A DNA stretch of 32,123 bases from Armatimonadia bacterium (GTDB lineage Bacteria > Armatimonadota > Zipacnadia > Zipacnadales > UBA11051), in NCBI GenBank assembly GCA_039683575.1, contig JBDKRC010000040.1:1-32123 (forward strand), read 5' to 3'. Positions 1 through 9,400 of the stretch are shown piece after piece. The notes under the pieces were generated by a model that worked only from the letters and a program-made list of their open reading frames with translations, did no database searches and was not told where the DNA came from. A program made the position numbers and the translations under genes. Every line of letters starts with the position of its first letter. Within the stretch, counting starts at the first letter, position 1.

Positions 1-113
1 GGCGCGAAACGGGCTGTAGAGGGCTTCTGGAGCCAAAATCCGGCAAAAAAGCAGATTCCGAAAGTCAAAGCTGAACTTCAACGCACGAGAAGGGCCGGTT
101 GTTCAGCGGCTAC
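1..113 (-). mobile_element. Putative end (att-like junction) of an element inserted in the prepilin gene; continues beyond the window edge
   Basis: Similarity to prepilins ends abruptly mid-codon. The following sequence looks non-coding and has an inverted repeat GCTGAAC (70-76) / GTTCAGC (101-107). No recombinase is visible, so this is inference only. Confidence 0.4.
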
Positions 114-166
114 ATGATCGCGATGACGACCAACAACTCGATCAGCGTGAAACCTCGTTTGGCCAT
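110..166 (-). pseudogene. Truncated prepilin-type N-terminal (DUF1559-like) gene start, [18 protein letters not shown]
   Basis: GGAGGT RBS at 175-180 and ATG at 166. It encodes the [13 protein letters not shown] cleavage/methylation motif also seen in the two intact paralogs at 26-27 kb, then ATG TAG instead of [12 protein letters not shown]. Confidence 0.85.
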
Positions 167-245
167 GGTACATGACCTCCCTGAATGGTACGAGCCCTCG
201 CTCACCGACAGGGCGCCCTCTCCAGGGGTAGTGCCCTGTTCTACT

Positions 246-262
246 TTAACATTCTCTTAACA
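246..262 (-). promoter_or_regulatory. TGTTAA-N5-TGTTAA direct repeat, possible OmpR/PhoB-family regulator box
   Basis: Plus-strand TTAACA at 246-251 and 257-262 (11-bp period), upstream of the truncated prepilin gene. Confidence 0.35.
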
Positions 263-290
263 GGACGATCTTCCTTCAAGGCAGGTGCAA

Positions 291-2684
291 CTATTTTGTC
301 ACCTGTCTGAAGTCCTCATCAAGAGCCAGCTTCCAGCTTTTGCCCCCGTCGGTGGATACAACCAGGGCGCGGTTGTGGTAGCGATCCGGAAAATCGTCCT
401 GGTACGGATGGTCGGTCCAGTAGCTGTATGACAGGTACAGGCGGCCCTGGCGGTCTATGGTGAGCTTGTGGTAGTAGATCGAATAGCCGGGCACGGGAGG
501 AATGACGACCGGGCGCGCGGGGCTCCAGGGGCCGTCCTTGGGCTTGCTTTGCACAGACAGGGCTGCGTATAGCTGGTCGGGGTGGTGCTCATCAGCGTTG
601 CGGCGCCACTGGCGGAAGGCGATGTGAAGGGTGTCGTTGGCGTCGCAGACGAGGGAGCAGTAGGTCTGGCCGCCGTCGCCGTCGGCATCGCTCTTGTCGG
701 TCTTCCAGCCCGCACTCAGGACTGGTTCGGGCTTGGTCCAGCCGCTGTAGGCGTCGTTGGGTTTGAGCGACCGGGTGTACTGGAAGGGCTTGCCATGCGC
801 CCCGAGAATGACATGGATGTACCCCTGACTGTCCTGGGCGATGGCGGGAACGTTGTGCACGTCATTGACCGGCGGGGCATAGCCGAGCAGAACCTTTTCG
901 CCGACTTTGTCGGTAGTGTGATCGTAGGTGGCAATATAAGTCGGGGCGCCTGGGTCTTTTGGATCAGTGACTTCACCCCAGACGATGTGGGTCTTGCCGT
1001 TGAGGGTGGCCGTGGAGGCGGGGCCGCCGGAGTGCTGGCAGGAGCCGAAGCAGTTTTCGGCCACCTTGACCGGCTCGCCCATCACGAGCTTCCCGGCCTC
1101 CTTCTTGGGCAGGTAGAGGTAAAGGTCGTGATAGCCCGCAAAAGTGGCTTCATGGGGCTTTACGAAGCGATACTCGAGGATTGGCGGCGGGGCCTTGAGG
1201 GCGTTGTGGCCGACGAACTGCTCGATATCGAAGCTGCTGGAGCCCCCCGGCCCGACGGGCACAACCTGCCATGGCTGGCCGCGATCGGGCGTGTAGAGCA
1301 GGACGGCCTGGCGCGTTTTGTCGAGGCTGAGCTGCAGCATGGTGTAGGCCCCGCCGTCGCCATCGAAGGCAAACTTGGCCCCCAGGAAGCCCCCGGCGCC
1401 GTAGCTGGTGCGGTAGTCTGGGTAGGCGGCCTTGATGGCGTCTATGAACGGACGTAGTACCCACTGGCCCTTTTCCAGCAGTTGTACGCCCGTCGAGCCG
1501 TATACGCTCTCGGTGCGCTCGCGCATCCAGGGGTGGTTCCGGAGGTCGAAATATACCTCATTGGGGATGTAATCGGGCGCATACCCATACTGCATGCTCT
1601 CATGCTGGTATGGTTTCAGGACAATCGGCTTGTCCGAGGGGGCAATCAGGCTCGGCGAAACTTTGACCAAAAGGGCGGCACTGGCCTGTACGGTGGGGTC
1701 GCCGACGGCGGTCACTGAGACAGTCCCTCGCAGAACGGAATCTCTTCTTACATGTGGTAGAATTTCCCCTCCAATGTCAACATTGGTCAACTCGTTTTGT
1801 GCAACTAAGGCCGTTTTTTGCGACCCTAGAGTGAGCTTCAGACCATCTTCAGAGCGGGTTTCGATCTTGAAACTCTCGGCGACGCCGGTGCGGTTGCGAA
1901 GTTGTACCGTAAAGATGCATTCCTTGCCCGGCAGGACGGTCTGCATCTGGGAGTAGGGCAGCAGCATCCACTTGGACTTGTCGGCGGCAAACCAGGCGGT
2001 GCTGTCGGCGGTCCACATCGCGGGTTTGTCCAGCGTGAAGCTAACGTCCATGTGCGGGATGTCGAAGTACCAGAGGCCGCCACGGGGCCCCTCAGGGACC
2101 TTGTAGACGATTTTGTCGCCCGAGGGGGCCAGGTCGAAGGTGGTCACAACCTGCTGTTTGTCATCCAGCAGGGGCACCTTGGCAGCACCGGGCGGATGGA
2201 CGGCGCGGGCAGTGATCGTGAAAGCGGCCGCTGGCGGCATGAAGTACACGCGGCCGGGGATGGCGGGATCGTTGAGGAAGATCTCTCCACCCACCAGAGC
2301 CCCCGGAGCGGTGGTCTGCAGCCCATAGACCATATCGCCGCTGCCGGTCACGCGGAGCAAATATGTACCAGGAATGGCGTCTTGGATGGTTGTCTCAGCG
2401 GACTGGAGTTCAGTGGCAGCGCCCTTGCCGGTGCTGCCGTCGTCGGCGATCTCCAGCTTGGCGCGGAGCAGACGGACGGGGTCATAGACCTCGGCAGTGA
2501 GGGTATCGAGGTCGGGATAGATGTTGAGGTCGCGTTTATAGACCTTGATGGTCAGGGGGCCGCCGTCGGAGCGCAGGAGGATGGTGCGCTGGCCGCGGAT
2601 GACGGGCGGAATGGTCGCCGCGTGGGCGGAGGCGGCGATGAGCCCGAGGAGGGCGATGGTTGCGAGGCGGGTTGGGTTGGTCAT
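291..2684 (-). CDS. Secreted BNR-4 repeat (beta-propeller) protein, possible polysaccharide lyase or hydrolase
   Basis: 797-aa ORF with signal peptide (ASAHA). Motifs include DVHNVPAIAQDSQGYIHV..GAH, YYHKL and the Asp-box STDGGKSW. N-terminal beta-sandwich modules. Confidence 0.7.
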   Translation of the reverse strand: MTNPTRLATIALLGLIAASAHAATIPPVIRGQRTILLRSDGGPLTIKVYKRDLNIYPDLDTLTAEVYDPVRLLRAKLEIADDGSTGKGAATELQSAETTIQDAIPGTYLLRVTGSGDMVYGLQTTAPGALVGGEIFLNDPAIPGRVYFMPPAAAFTITARAVHPPGAAKVPLLDDKQQVVTTFDLAPSGDKIVYKVPEGPRGGLWYFDIPHMDVSFTLDKPAMWTADSTAWFAADKSKWMLLPYSQMQTVLPGKECIFTVQLRNRTGVAESFKIETRSEDGLKLTLGSQKTALVAQNELTNVDIGGEILPHVRRDSVLRGTVSVTAVGDPTVQASAALLVKVSPSLIAPSDKPIVLKPYQHESMQYGYAPDYIPNEVYFDLRNHPWMRERTESVYGSTGVQLLEKGQWVLRPFIDAIKAAYPDYRTSYGAGGFLGAKFAFDGDGGAYTMLQLSLDKTRQAVLLYTPDRGQPWQVVPVGPGGSSSFDIEQFVGHNALKAPPPILEYRFVKPHEATFAGYHDLYLYLPKKEAGKLVMGEPVKVAENCFGSCQHSGGPASTATLNGKTHIVWGEVTDPKDPGAPTYIATYDHTTDKVGEKVLLGYAPPVNDVHNVPAIAQDSQGYIHVILGAHGKPFQYTRSLKPNDAYSGWTKPEPVLSAGWKTDKSDADGDGGQTYCSLVCDANDTLHIAFRQWRRNADEHHPDQLYAALSVQSKPKDGPWSPARPVVIPPVPGYSIYYHKLTIDRQGRLYLSYSYWTDHPYQDDFPDRYHNRALVVSTDGGKSWKLALDEDFRQVTK

Positions 2685-2714
2685 GGTTGAGTTACCTAGG
2701 CGTGGTCGGCGTAT

Positions 2715-2815
2715 GCTGTAGGGCGGGGGCTCGTACCCCGCCGCTCGGGTGGTCGTAGATAACGGCAGGCGGGGTACGAGCCCCCTGCGACGCAGACGTC
2801 GCTCCGCCCTACAGC
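2715..2815. repeat. GTAG-type REP/REPIN-like long palindrome
   Basis: Terminal inverted repeat GCTGTAGGGCGG (2715-2726) / CCGCCCTACAGC (2804-2815), inner arms GGGGCTCGTACCCCGCC / GGCGGGGTACGAGCCCC; intergenic. Confidence 0.7.
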
Positions 2816-2820
2816 CGGAG

Positions 2821-2844
2821 GCGGGCAGGGATGCCCGCGGTCCC
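2821..2844. repeat. Second REP-like short hairpin (GCGGGCAGGGATGCCCGCGGTCCC)
   Basis: GCGGGCA / TGCCCGC stem adjacent to the first palindrome. Confidence 0.45.
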
Positions 2845-2863
2845 GGCGAGCGGCCAGAGACGG

Positions 2864-5800
2864 CTACTGGCCTGTGATGCGCAGGGCTGTCGCCTCGGCT
2901 GGATTCAACTCTATTGGCAGGCGGAAGGTTGCCTTTTGGGTTGTGGTTTCGGCTATGCCATCGGGGCCGAGACGCTCGACCTTCAGTTGCTTGTTCTTCA
3001 GGCCGTAGTCAGCGGCGTTGAAGTCGAGGGTGAGGATGCGGGTTGCCTTGGGCACGTTCACAATCGGCATCATCAGGCTGCCGTCGGCGAGACGCCAGGT
3101 GGTGGCCCAGACCACTGGGGTGTGGAGGGTGGTGGCGTTATGGCTCCATAGCTTCCAGCCGCTCTCCATCATGGGAATGGGCTCAACGAACCGCGGCGGG
3201 GCGGCCATGCGGCCGTGGACGAAGTACTCGTTGACCTGCTGACGCAGGTGAGTGGCGTCGCGGAGCCACTTGAGGCCTTCCGGCTGGCCCGTGATACTCG
3301 GGTTGGCCCACCACATCTGGCTGCCGAAGGCGAAGAGCTTGCCCTGGCGCAGGGCCATGAGCGAGGCGTCCTTGTAGTCCGCGCCATCCATGTAGGTGCC
3401 GAACATGAGGATCTTGCCGCCATAGACGGCCGGGAAGAGCGGTACCTCGTAGTTGCTGTTCGAGTTGCACATCAAGTAGGCATCGAAGTACTTGGCATAG
3501 GGCTCGGCGTTGCTCTCGGTGGTGAGCATCTTCTGCGGGCTGACAGTGGCGATCTTCTTCTGGAGCCCGTCGAGAAGCTTCCAGTAGCCCTCCACCCACC
3601 AGTGGCCGCCGCCGAGGGGGTGGCCGTGGGACTTGTCATAGCACAGGACCGGGTGGGCGGCGCCGATCTGGTCAATGTAGACGCCGTTGACGCCCTCTTC
3701 GCCGACCAGCTTCATCACGAGGTCGGTGAGGGTCTGACGCCAGTATTCCTGCGAGATGCACATCGGCGCGAGTTTCTGCTTGGAGCCGTATTCCTCGGTG
3801 TAGGGCTCCCCATTGAGCTGCTTGGTGGCGTACTTGTAGGCCTCGGCCTTGAAGCTCTCCGTGTCGGTGTCCCAGAGGCGGCCGTTGATGTAGGGCATTA
3901 CGTTGATGCCGGCGTCCTGAAGCTCCTTGACGCCGTCGCGGAAGCCCTCTTTGGTCGGGAAGTAGTGGGGGTAGTTGTCATCAAACGGGATCTGGTGCCA
4001 GCTGTACCAGTGAATGGCGGTGGGAACGCCGAGGGCTTGCTGCAGGGCCTTAGTCTGCGGGACGCAGTCCTTGGGGAAGCCGCCGGTGAGCGCCCACGCC
4101 TGGGTCGCCTTCACCCACTCGGGGTAGTCGGAGCGGGAGTACTGGCCGGGCTCCGGCCACCAGGGTGCGTTCTTCTCCAGCCAGGAGCGGTACTTGGCGC
4201 AGGGGGGGAAGTAGCCGCCAGCCGTGACGCCGATGACGACGCTGCCGGCGGTCTGATAGTCATTGCCGGGGATGGAGGCGTTCTCGACGGGGACTTCGAT
4301 GGAGAGAGGCGTGCGAGAGCCGGAGCCGGGGTTCTTGACGACAAGGAACTTGTCCGCGGCGGTGGGATCGTGCTGGGCGACGTAGACGCCGCTCTCGTCG
4401 TCGCAGATGCCAAACCATTGCATGGCGCAGCCGCCGTTGGGATAGGGGCCGCTGTAGCTGGTGGGGATGGTGGTTGGATAGGCACGGCCGAAGCCGTCGG
4501 GCAAAAGCAGGCGGTCATCAGCCGAATCGCCGCCGAGCGCGCCGATTGACAGGGCGGGCAAGGTGACGCGGTCGAGACTCCATTGGTCAGACTTGTTGGC
4601 AACGCTGATCTTCCACAAGGAATCGGGGCCATCAAGGCTGAGTTCGAGGTCCACTTCCAGGCCCTTGACGTCTTTCTCGTCGAGGCCGGTCCAGCGGAGC
4701 AGGGCGCGGCGGGTCTGTCCTGCCTGGTCGGTGATGTCCTGGGAAGACCTGAGCCAGCGGCTGTTGCTGGTTACGGTGGCGGTCTTTCCGGCAGCGTCGA
4801 GGACGGTGAAGCGGAAGAGTTCGCAGGGCTCAGCAAGCAGTTCGCGGCCGCGCTTGAGGTCATAGAGGCTCACAAGCGACCGCGTGTTGCCCTCGCGGGC
4901 GAAGGCGAGACCAATCTGATCGTTGTGCAGAAGCTCATAGCGACGGTCGCCAAGCGTCAGGAAAGGAAGTGGGGCTTCCCCCCGGGCGGCCAGTGCGAAG
5001 GCCGCATCGGCGGCCTTCTGGGCGTCGCTGAGGCTGAGCTTGCGGTTGTTGTAGGCGCTCTCGATCAGGCTGGCCAGCCAGGGCAGGCGGGCGGCGAGGA
5101 CAGGATCCTTGAGCTTCGGGGCAGGGGCGCGGAGCTTGTCGAACGCGGCGATAAGGGCGGGAGTATAGGCGGTGCCAGTCAAAGGCCTGGGACCGTGCTG
5201 AAAGGCCTGCTGGATGGTCTGCAGGGGACTAACGTCGGCGCCGATCCAGAGATCTGCGGAGTAGGATGCTTCGTTGGTGTTCCAGGCCTCCCAGGCGCCG
5301 TGGAGATAGCGGCCATAGTCGGAGAGGCCGTCGTAGACGCGGGCGGGGCCGGAGAGGGCGAGGGCGTTCTTGCCGTCCACGAGAGCGGCAAAGGAGCTAC
5401 CACTGGGCGCTTTCTTGGTGTCGGCGAAGTCGACAACCTCGAGCGGCGGGGCGGCGGCGTAGGCCGGGAATGAATTGTCCTTGAAGTGGAATTCGAGGAA
5501 GTGCAGCTCATTCCACGAGAATGGCTCCTTCTGGTTCATCTCGGCAGATACGCGAACCAGGGGCGAGCCGGCAAAGTAAGTCCAGGTGTAGAGAGCGTGG
5601 GCGCCCGAGGGGGCGGGCTTGTCGCCAGCCATGTAGCGAGCTTCGAGGCGGACCTCAGCGTAGAGCGGGCCGGACGCGACGAGGCGGAGGCCCGGTTGCT
5701 TATCATCCCGGAGGTTGAAACCGCCGACGCCAGGTTCCTTGCTGTGCAGGCGGTCGTTCATGTTCAGGGTGTTGAAGACCTTGCCGGTGGCGTTGAAGGC

Positions 5801-6253
5801 GATGGAGGAGGGCAGCCCGGCATTCTTCGCGGGGTCGTGAATGATGGTGTAGTTGGCATTCTTGACGGTGATGACGCCGTCGGTGGCGGAGGCCGACAGC
5901 GTATCGCCGGGCGCGGGACCGGAGGGGAGTATACCGAGCTTGAGAGTGACAGCGCGCGGGCCGGAGGGCTGGGCGAGCAGGAGCAGGCAGGCGCGCGCCT
6001 CGGTGTCGCTGATCTGATTGAGTTGCCCGAGAGTGTGGGTGTTGGTGGCCGGGTCGAAGGCAGTGACGAGTTGGGTCTGGGGGAGGGAGGAGACCTTGAA
6101 GGCGGCCTTGAGGTCAGCGATGGAGAGGTCAACAAGGACCGGGACAGTACCGCCTGTGAGGCCGGGCGGGATGGTGGTACGGACGATGAGCGACTGGGCG
6201 ATGGCGGGGAGTGAGAAGACAGTGAGGGCTATCAGCAGGGCAAGTTTGCGCAT
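2864..6253 (-). CDS. Secreted DUF6259-like putative glycoside hydrolase (TIM-barrel)
   Basis: 1129-aa ORF with GGAGG RBS and signal peptide. Motifs HWYSWHQIPFDDNYPHYFP, YINGRLWD, GVYIDQI and TESNAEPY. Confidence 0.7.
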   Translation of the reverse strand: MRKLALLIALTVFSLPAIAQSLIVRTTIPPGLTGGTVPVLVDLSIADLKAAFKVSSLPQTQLVTAFDPATNTHTLGQLNQISDTEARACLLLLAQPSGPRAVTLKLGILPSGPAPGDTLSASATDGVITVKNANYTIIHDPAKNAGLPSSIAFNATGKVFNTLNMNDRLHSKEPGVGGFNLRDDKQPGLRLVASGPLYAEVRLEARYMAGDKPAPSGAHALYTWTYFAGSPLVRVSAEMNQKEPFSWNELHFLEFHFKDNSFPAYAAAPPLEVVDFADTKKAPSGSSFAALVDGKNALALSGPARVYDGLSDYGRYLHGAWEAWNTNEASYSADLWIGADVSPLQTIQQAFQHGPRPLTGTAYTPALIAAFDKLRAPAPKLKDPVLAARLPWLASLIESAYNNRKLSLSDAQKAADAAFALAARGEAPLPFLTLGDRRYELLHNDQIGLAFAREGNTRSLVSLYDLKRGRELLAEPCELFRFTVLDAAGKTATVTSNSRWLRSSQDITDQAGQTRRALLRWTGLDEKDVKGLEVDLELSLDGPDSLWKISVANKSDQWSLDRVTLPALSIGALGGDSADDRLLLPDGFGRAYPTTIPTSYSGPYPNGGCAMQWFGICDDESGVYVAQHDPTAADKFLVVKNPGSGSRTPLSIEVPVENASIPGNDYQTAGSVVIGVTAGGYFPPCAKYRSWLEKNAPWWPEPGQYSRSDYPEWVKATQAWALTGGFPKDCVPQTKALQQALGVPTAIHWYSWHQIPFDDNYPHYFPTKEGFRDGVKELQDAGINVMPYINGRLWDTDTESFKAEAYKYATKQLNGEPYTEEYGSKQKLAPMCISQEYWRQTLTDLVMKLVGEEGVNGVYIDQIGAAHPVLCYDKSHGHPLGGGHWWVEGYWKLLDGLQKKIATVSPQKMLTTESNAEPYAKYFDAYLMCNSNSNYEVPLFPAVYGGKILMFGTYMDGADYKDASLMALRQGKLFAFGSQMWWANPSITGQPEGLKWLRDATHLRQQVNEYFVHGRMAAPPRFVEPIPMMESGWKLWSHNATTLHTPVVWATTWRLADGSLMMPIVNVPKATRILTLDFNAADYGLKNKQLKVERLGPDGIAETTTQKATFRLPIELNPAEATALRITGQ

Positions 6254-6361
6254 CGTTGTTGTCCTCCGTGGGAATCGAGGATAGAAGGTTCGCCGCGGGG
6301 CGGGTGGAGGCCTTTGGTGGAGGTTTGGATGGGCGGGAGAAGGAAACTTCTGCCCGCGTCC

Positions 6362-6376
6362 TTGTTATATGAACAA
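6362..6376. promoter_or_regulatory. Palindrome TTGTT-ATATG-AACAA in the divergent promoter region, possible repressor operator
   Basis: AT-rich 15-bp dyad between two divergently transcribed CAZyme-like genes. Confidence 0.3.
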
Positions 6377-6417
6377 ACACGAGACGGATTCGAGCCCGAT
6401 TTGTGAGGTAGCGTGCC

Positions 6418-9400
6418 ATGCGACGCCTGATACTCCCAGTACTTGCCCTTTGCCTCCTGACGCCTGTTTTCGCAGCGACGGACACTGATGGCGATGGGAT
6501 CAGCGACCTGATTGAGACCGAGCTTGGCCTGCTGCCGCAGGTGAAGCAGGAGTTTGTGCTGATCAGCGAGAGCCCCAATCAGGGCTTTACGGCTGCACAG
6601 GCTACGCAGAATGCGCCGGACATACTCAGGTTCGAGGCGGCGCATGTGGGTGACAACCGGGTGGTCTTCAAGGTTACCTTTGCTCACCCGGTTGACTTCA
6701 ATGGGTCTACCTTCATCATCTATGCCGATCTGGATGGCAAGCCGGAGACCGGACGGGCGGACCAGTATCATGGCGGCACGGAGACGATGTTCGCGTTCAG
6801 CGACCGGATGATGAGTCTTACGATGTACCCGCCATCCCGGGAGAACAACACCGGGGCGCGGCATGCCAAGGATGGGAATGTGCTGTATGTAGCGGTGGAT
6901 TTCCCCTTCCGGCGGGAGAACGGAAAGGTGCTGCTGGGGGCGCACCTGCTGAGCCAGCGGACGGAGGGGAAGAGCGATTCGACTGCGCAGGTGATGGTGC
7001 AACTGCCCGTCTCGACGGCGACGGTACCGAAACTGCCGCTCGGAACGCAGGGGATGTCGCGGGCCCTGACCGATTTCCGGTACTACAATGATAGGGTTGC
7101 ATATGAGAAGCTTGAGGATAAGGGACTGAAGGCCGAGCAGGTTACGCCGAAGACGCCGATTGTGCCGGGGCGGGAGCGGCCGGAAGTGAAATACGCATCG
7201 CAGGGGCGGCAGCCGGGTAAGGCGGGCAACGTGGACGTGCGGCGGGTACCGGTGGAGCTATTGGAGGAGGCGGGCGTGGCGCGGCAGGCGGCGGTGCTGA
7301 GCTTTGGCGTGCCGCTGCCGCAGGGGGCAGTGTACAGCCTGGATAGGATCAAGCTGGTGGACGGGAGCAAGGAAGTTCCGGCGCAGTTCGCGGCGACGGC
7401 CTTCTGGCCGGATGACAGCGTGAAATGGGTGCTGGTGGATGCGACGATGGCGTTGAAGGCGGGGGAGAGGCGGGGGCTTGAGGTGGTCTTTGGCAACAAA
7501 GTCAGCCGCGCGAAGCAGGAGGGCGGGCTGGTTGTGAACCGGCCGGGTAAGGAGATCACGGTTAGTCCGATGTCCGCGATGCCGAGCGGCGGGAATGAAC
7601 TGCGGAGCCTGCTGTGCAGGATCAACACTGAGCGGTTCAACTTGATTTCACAGGTCTGGCGGGGCGCGGCCCTCGGCGGGTGGGTTAGCAGTGAGAAGAA
7701 CCCGATTGTGACCGGCGAGCCGGCGGGTGTGACGATTGTGGACGAGCAGGGGAAGAAGTACTCGATGGGGCTGGGAGCGCCGGAGGAGGTCGTGGTTGAG
7801 CAGCAGGGGCCGCAGAAGGTGGTTGTGCGCGCCAGGGGGCCGTATACCGCCGAGGACGGCTCGACCTACATGCGCTATCTAGCGCGGCTGACGTTCCGGG
7901 CCAGCTCGCCGCTCGTGGAAGTGGCGGTGACGACGATCAATGACTACCTGAAGACTGAGTTCACTGACTTCGGCTCCGTCAGTCTGGGCTTGAAGGCTAA
8001 CTCGGCGCTGCAGGGCGTGACGGTGTATGGGGAGGATGGGGGGAAGCCGAAGCCGGTGGCGGGGACTGCAGCGGTGCAGCTTGATGAGACGAAGATGGCT
8101 TCCGGGCCGGGTAAGGGCGCCGGCGTGGTGACTTGGAACGGCGGCGGGGCGGTGCTGCACGACTTCTGGCAGCGCTGGCCCAAGGGCATCAGCGCGACGG
8201 GCGATCAGCTTACGTTTGATTTGCTGCCCGCGCAGCCGTCGGCGGACTATGGGAAGGACCTGCCCTTCTACCTGATGTTCCCGTTTGTGGACGGGAAGTA
8301 CCGGCTGAAGTGGGGCATGTCGTTTACCGAGCGGATCAGTTTCGATTTCAGCGGCACCATGACGCCCGAGGAGCTATGGGCAGAGGCTCAGAAGCCGGTG
8401 GTGCCGGTGATCCCGGCGGCGTGGTATGCGGAGACGAAGGCGATGGGAACGATAGCGGTGCCGCTGGGCAAGCAATTCGCCCAGTGGGACAAGTACGTCG
8501 CTGATGCCTACAAGGGATACATGGAGGGCAAGCAGCGGGACCGTGAGTATGGGTTCCTGAACTATGGCGACTGGTTCGGCGAGCGGGGGCGGAACTGGGG
8601 TAACAACGAATATGACCTCGCGCACGGGTTCTTTGCGCAGTTCGCCCGCACGGGCGACCGAGACCTGTTCCGCTGGGCGCAGATCGCGGCGCAGCACCGG
8701 GCGGATGTGGAGACGGTGTGGGCCTATCCGGACCCGTACTATGTGGGGGCGAACCCGCAGCACTCCATCGGACACACGGGGATGTGGACGCAGGACGTGG
8801 AACGGGCGCTCTGGACCTATCGCTATGACTCCCATGTGGATGCCACTGGAGGGCATAACTGGACTGACGGGCTCATGGACTGCTGGTACCTGACCGGGGA
8901 GCCACGGTGCATGGAGTCGGGGCTGGCCTTCGGGGAACACGTGGCGTGGGCGATGGCGCCGGCGTTCAAGGAACTCGGGACGCATGAGCGGTCGGCGGGG
9001 TGGTCGCTGCGGTCTATCATGGCGATCTACAAGGCGACTCACGACCCGGTGTACCTGGAAGCGGCGAAGAAGATCGCGTATGTGGCGGTCAACGCCCAGG
9101 GGCCGGAGGGGAACTGGCCGCATGTGCTGCCCAAGGATCATGCGGGAGACAGCCCGGGCGCCATTGGGAATAACCTGTTCCTGATAGGGATCCTGCTGGG
9201 CGGCCTGCAGGCGTACCACGAGGAGACGCAGGACCCGGCGGTGCTCAAGACGCTTGAGAATGGGGCGCTGTGGGTGGCGAGGTCGTGGGACGAGAAGGCA
9301 GCCGGGTGGCCGTACTCCGCGAAAACTGACGGTACGCCGGTTTATCGCCCGAGCACCGGCCTGAATCAGCTCATCATCGGGCCGCTGGCTTATGTGGGAC

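Noticed and set aside
1-113. Group II or group I intron interrupting the prepilin gene
   Set aside because: The foreign segment begins GTAGC, not the GTGYG of group II introns, and no internal guide sequence complementary to the exon end is visible. It cannot be fully excluded because the window ends.
244-271. dif-like site (ATGTTAAA resembles a XerD arm); also AT-rich candidates at 26107-26134 and 29620-29648
   Set aside because: No matching XerC arm or TAA-N6-TTA core geometry.
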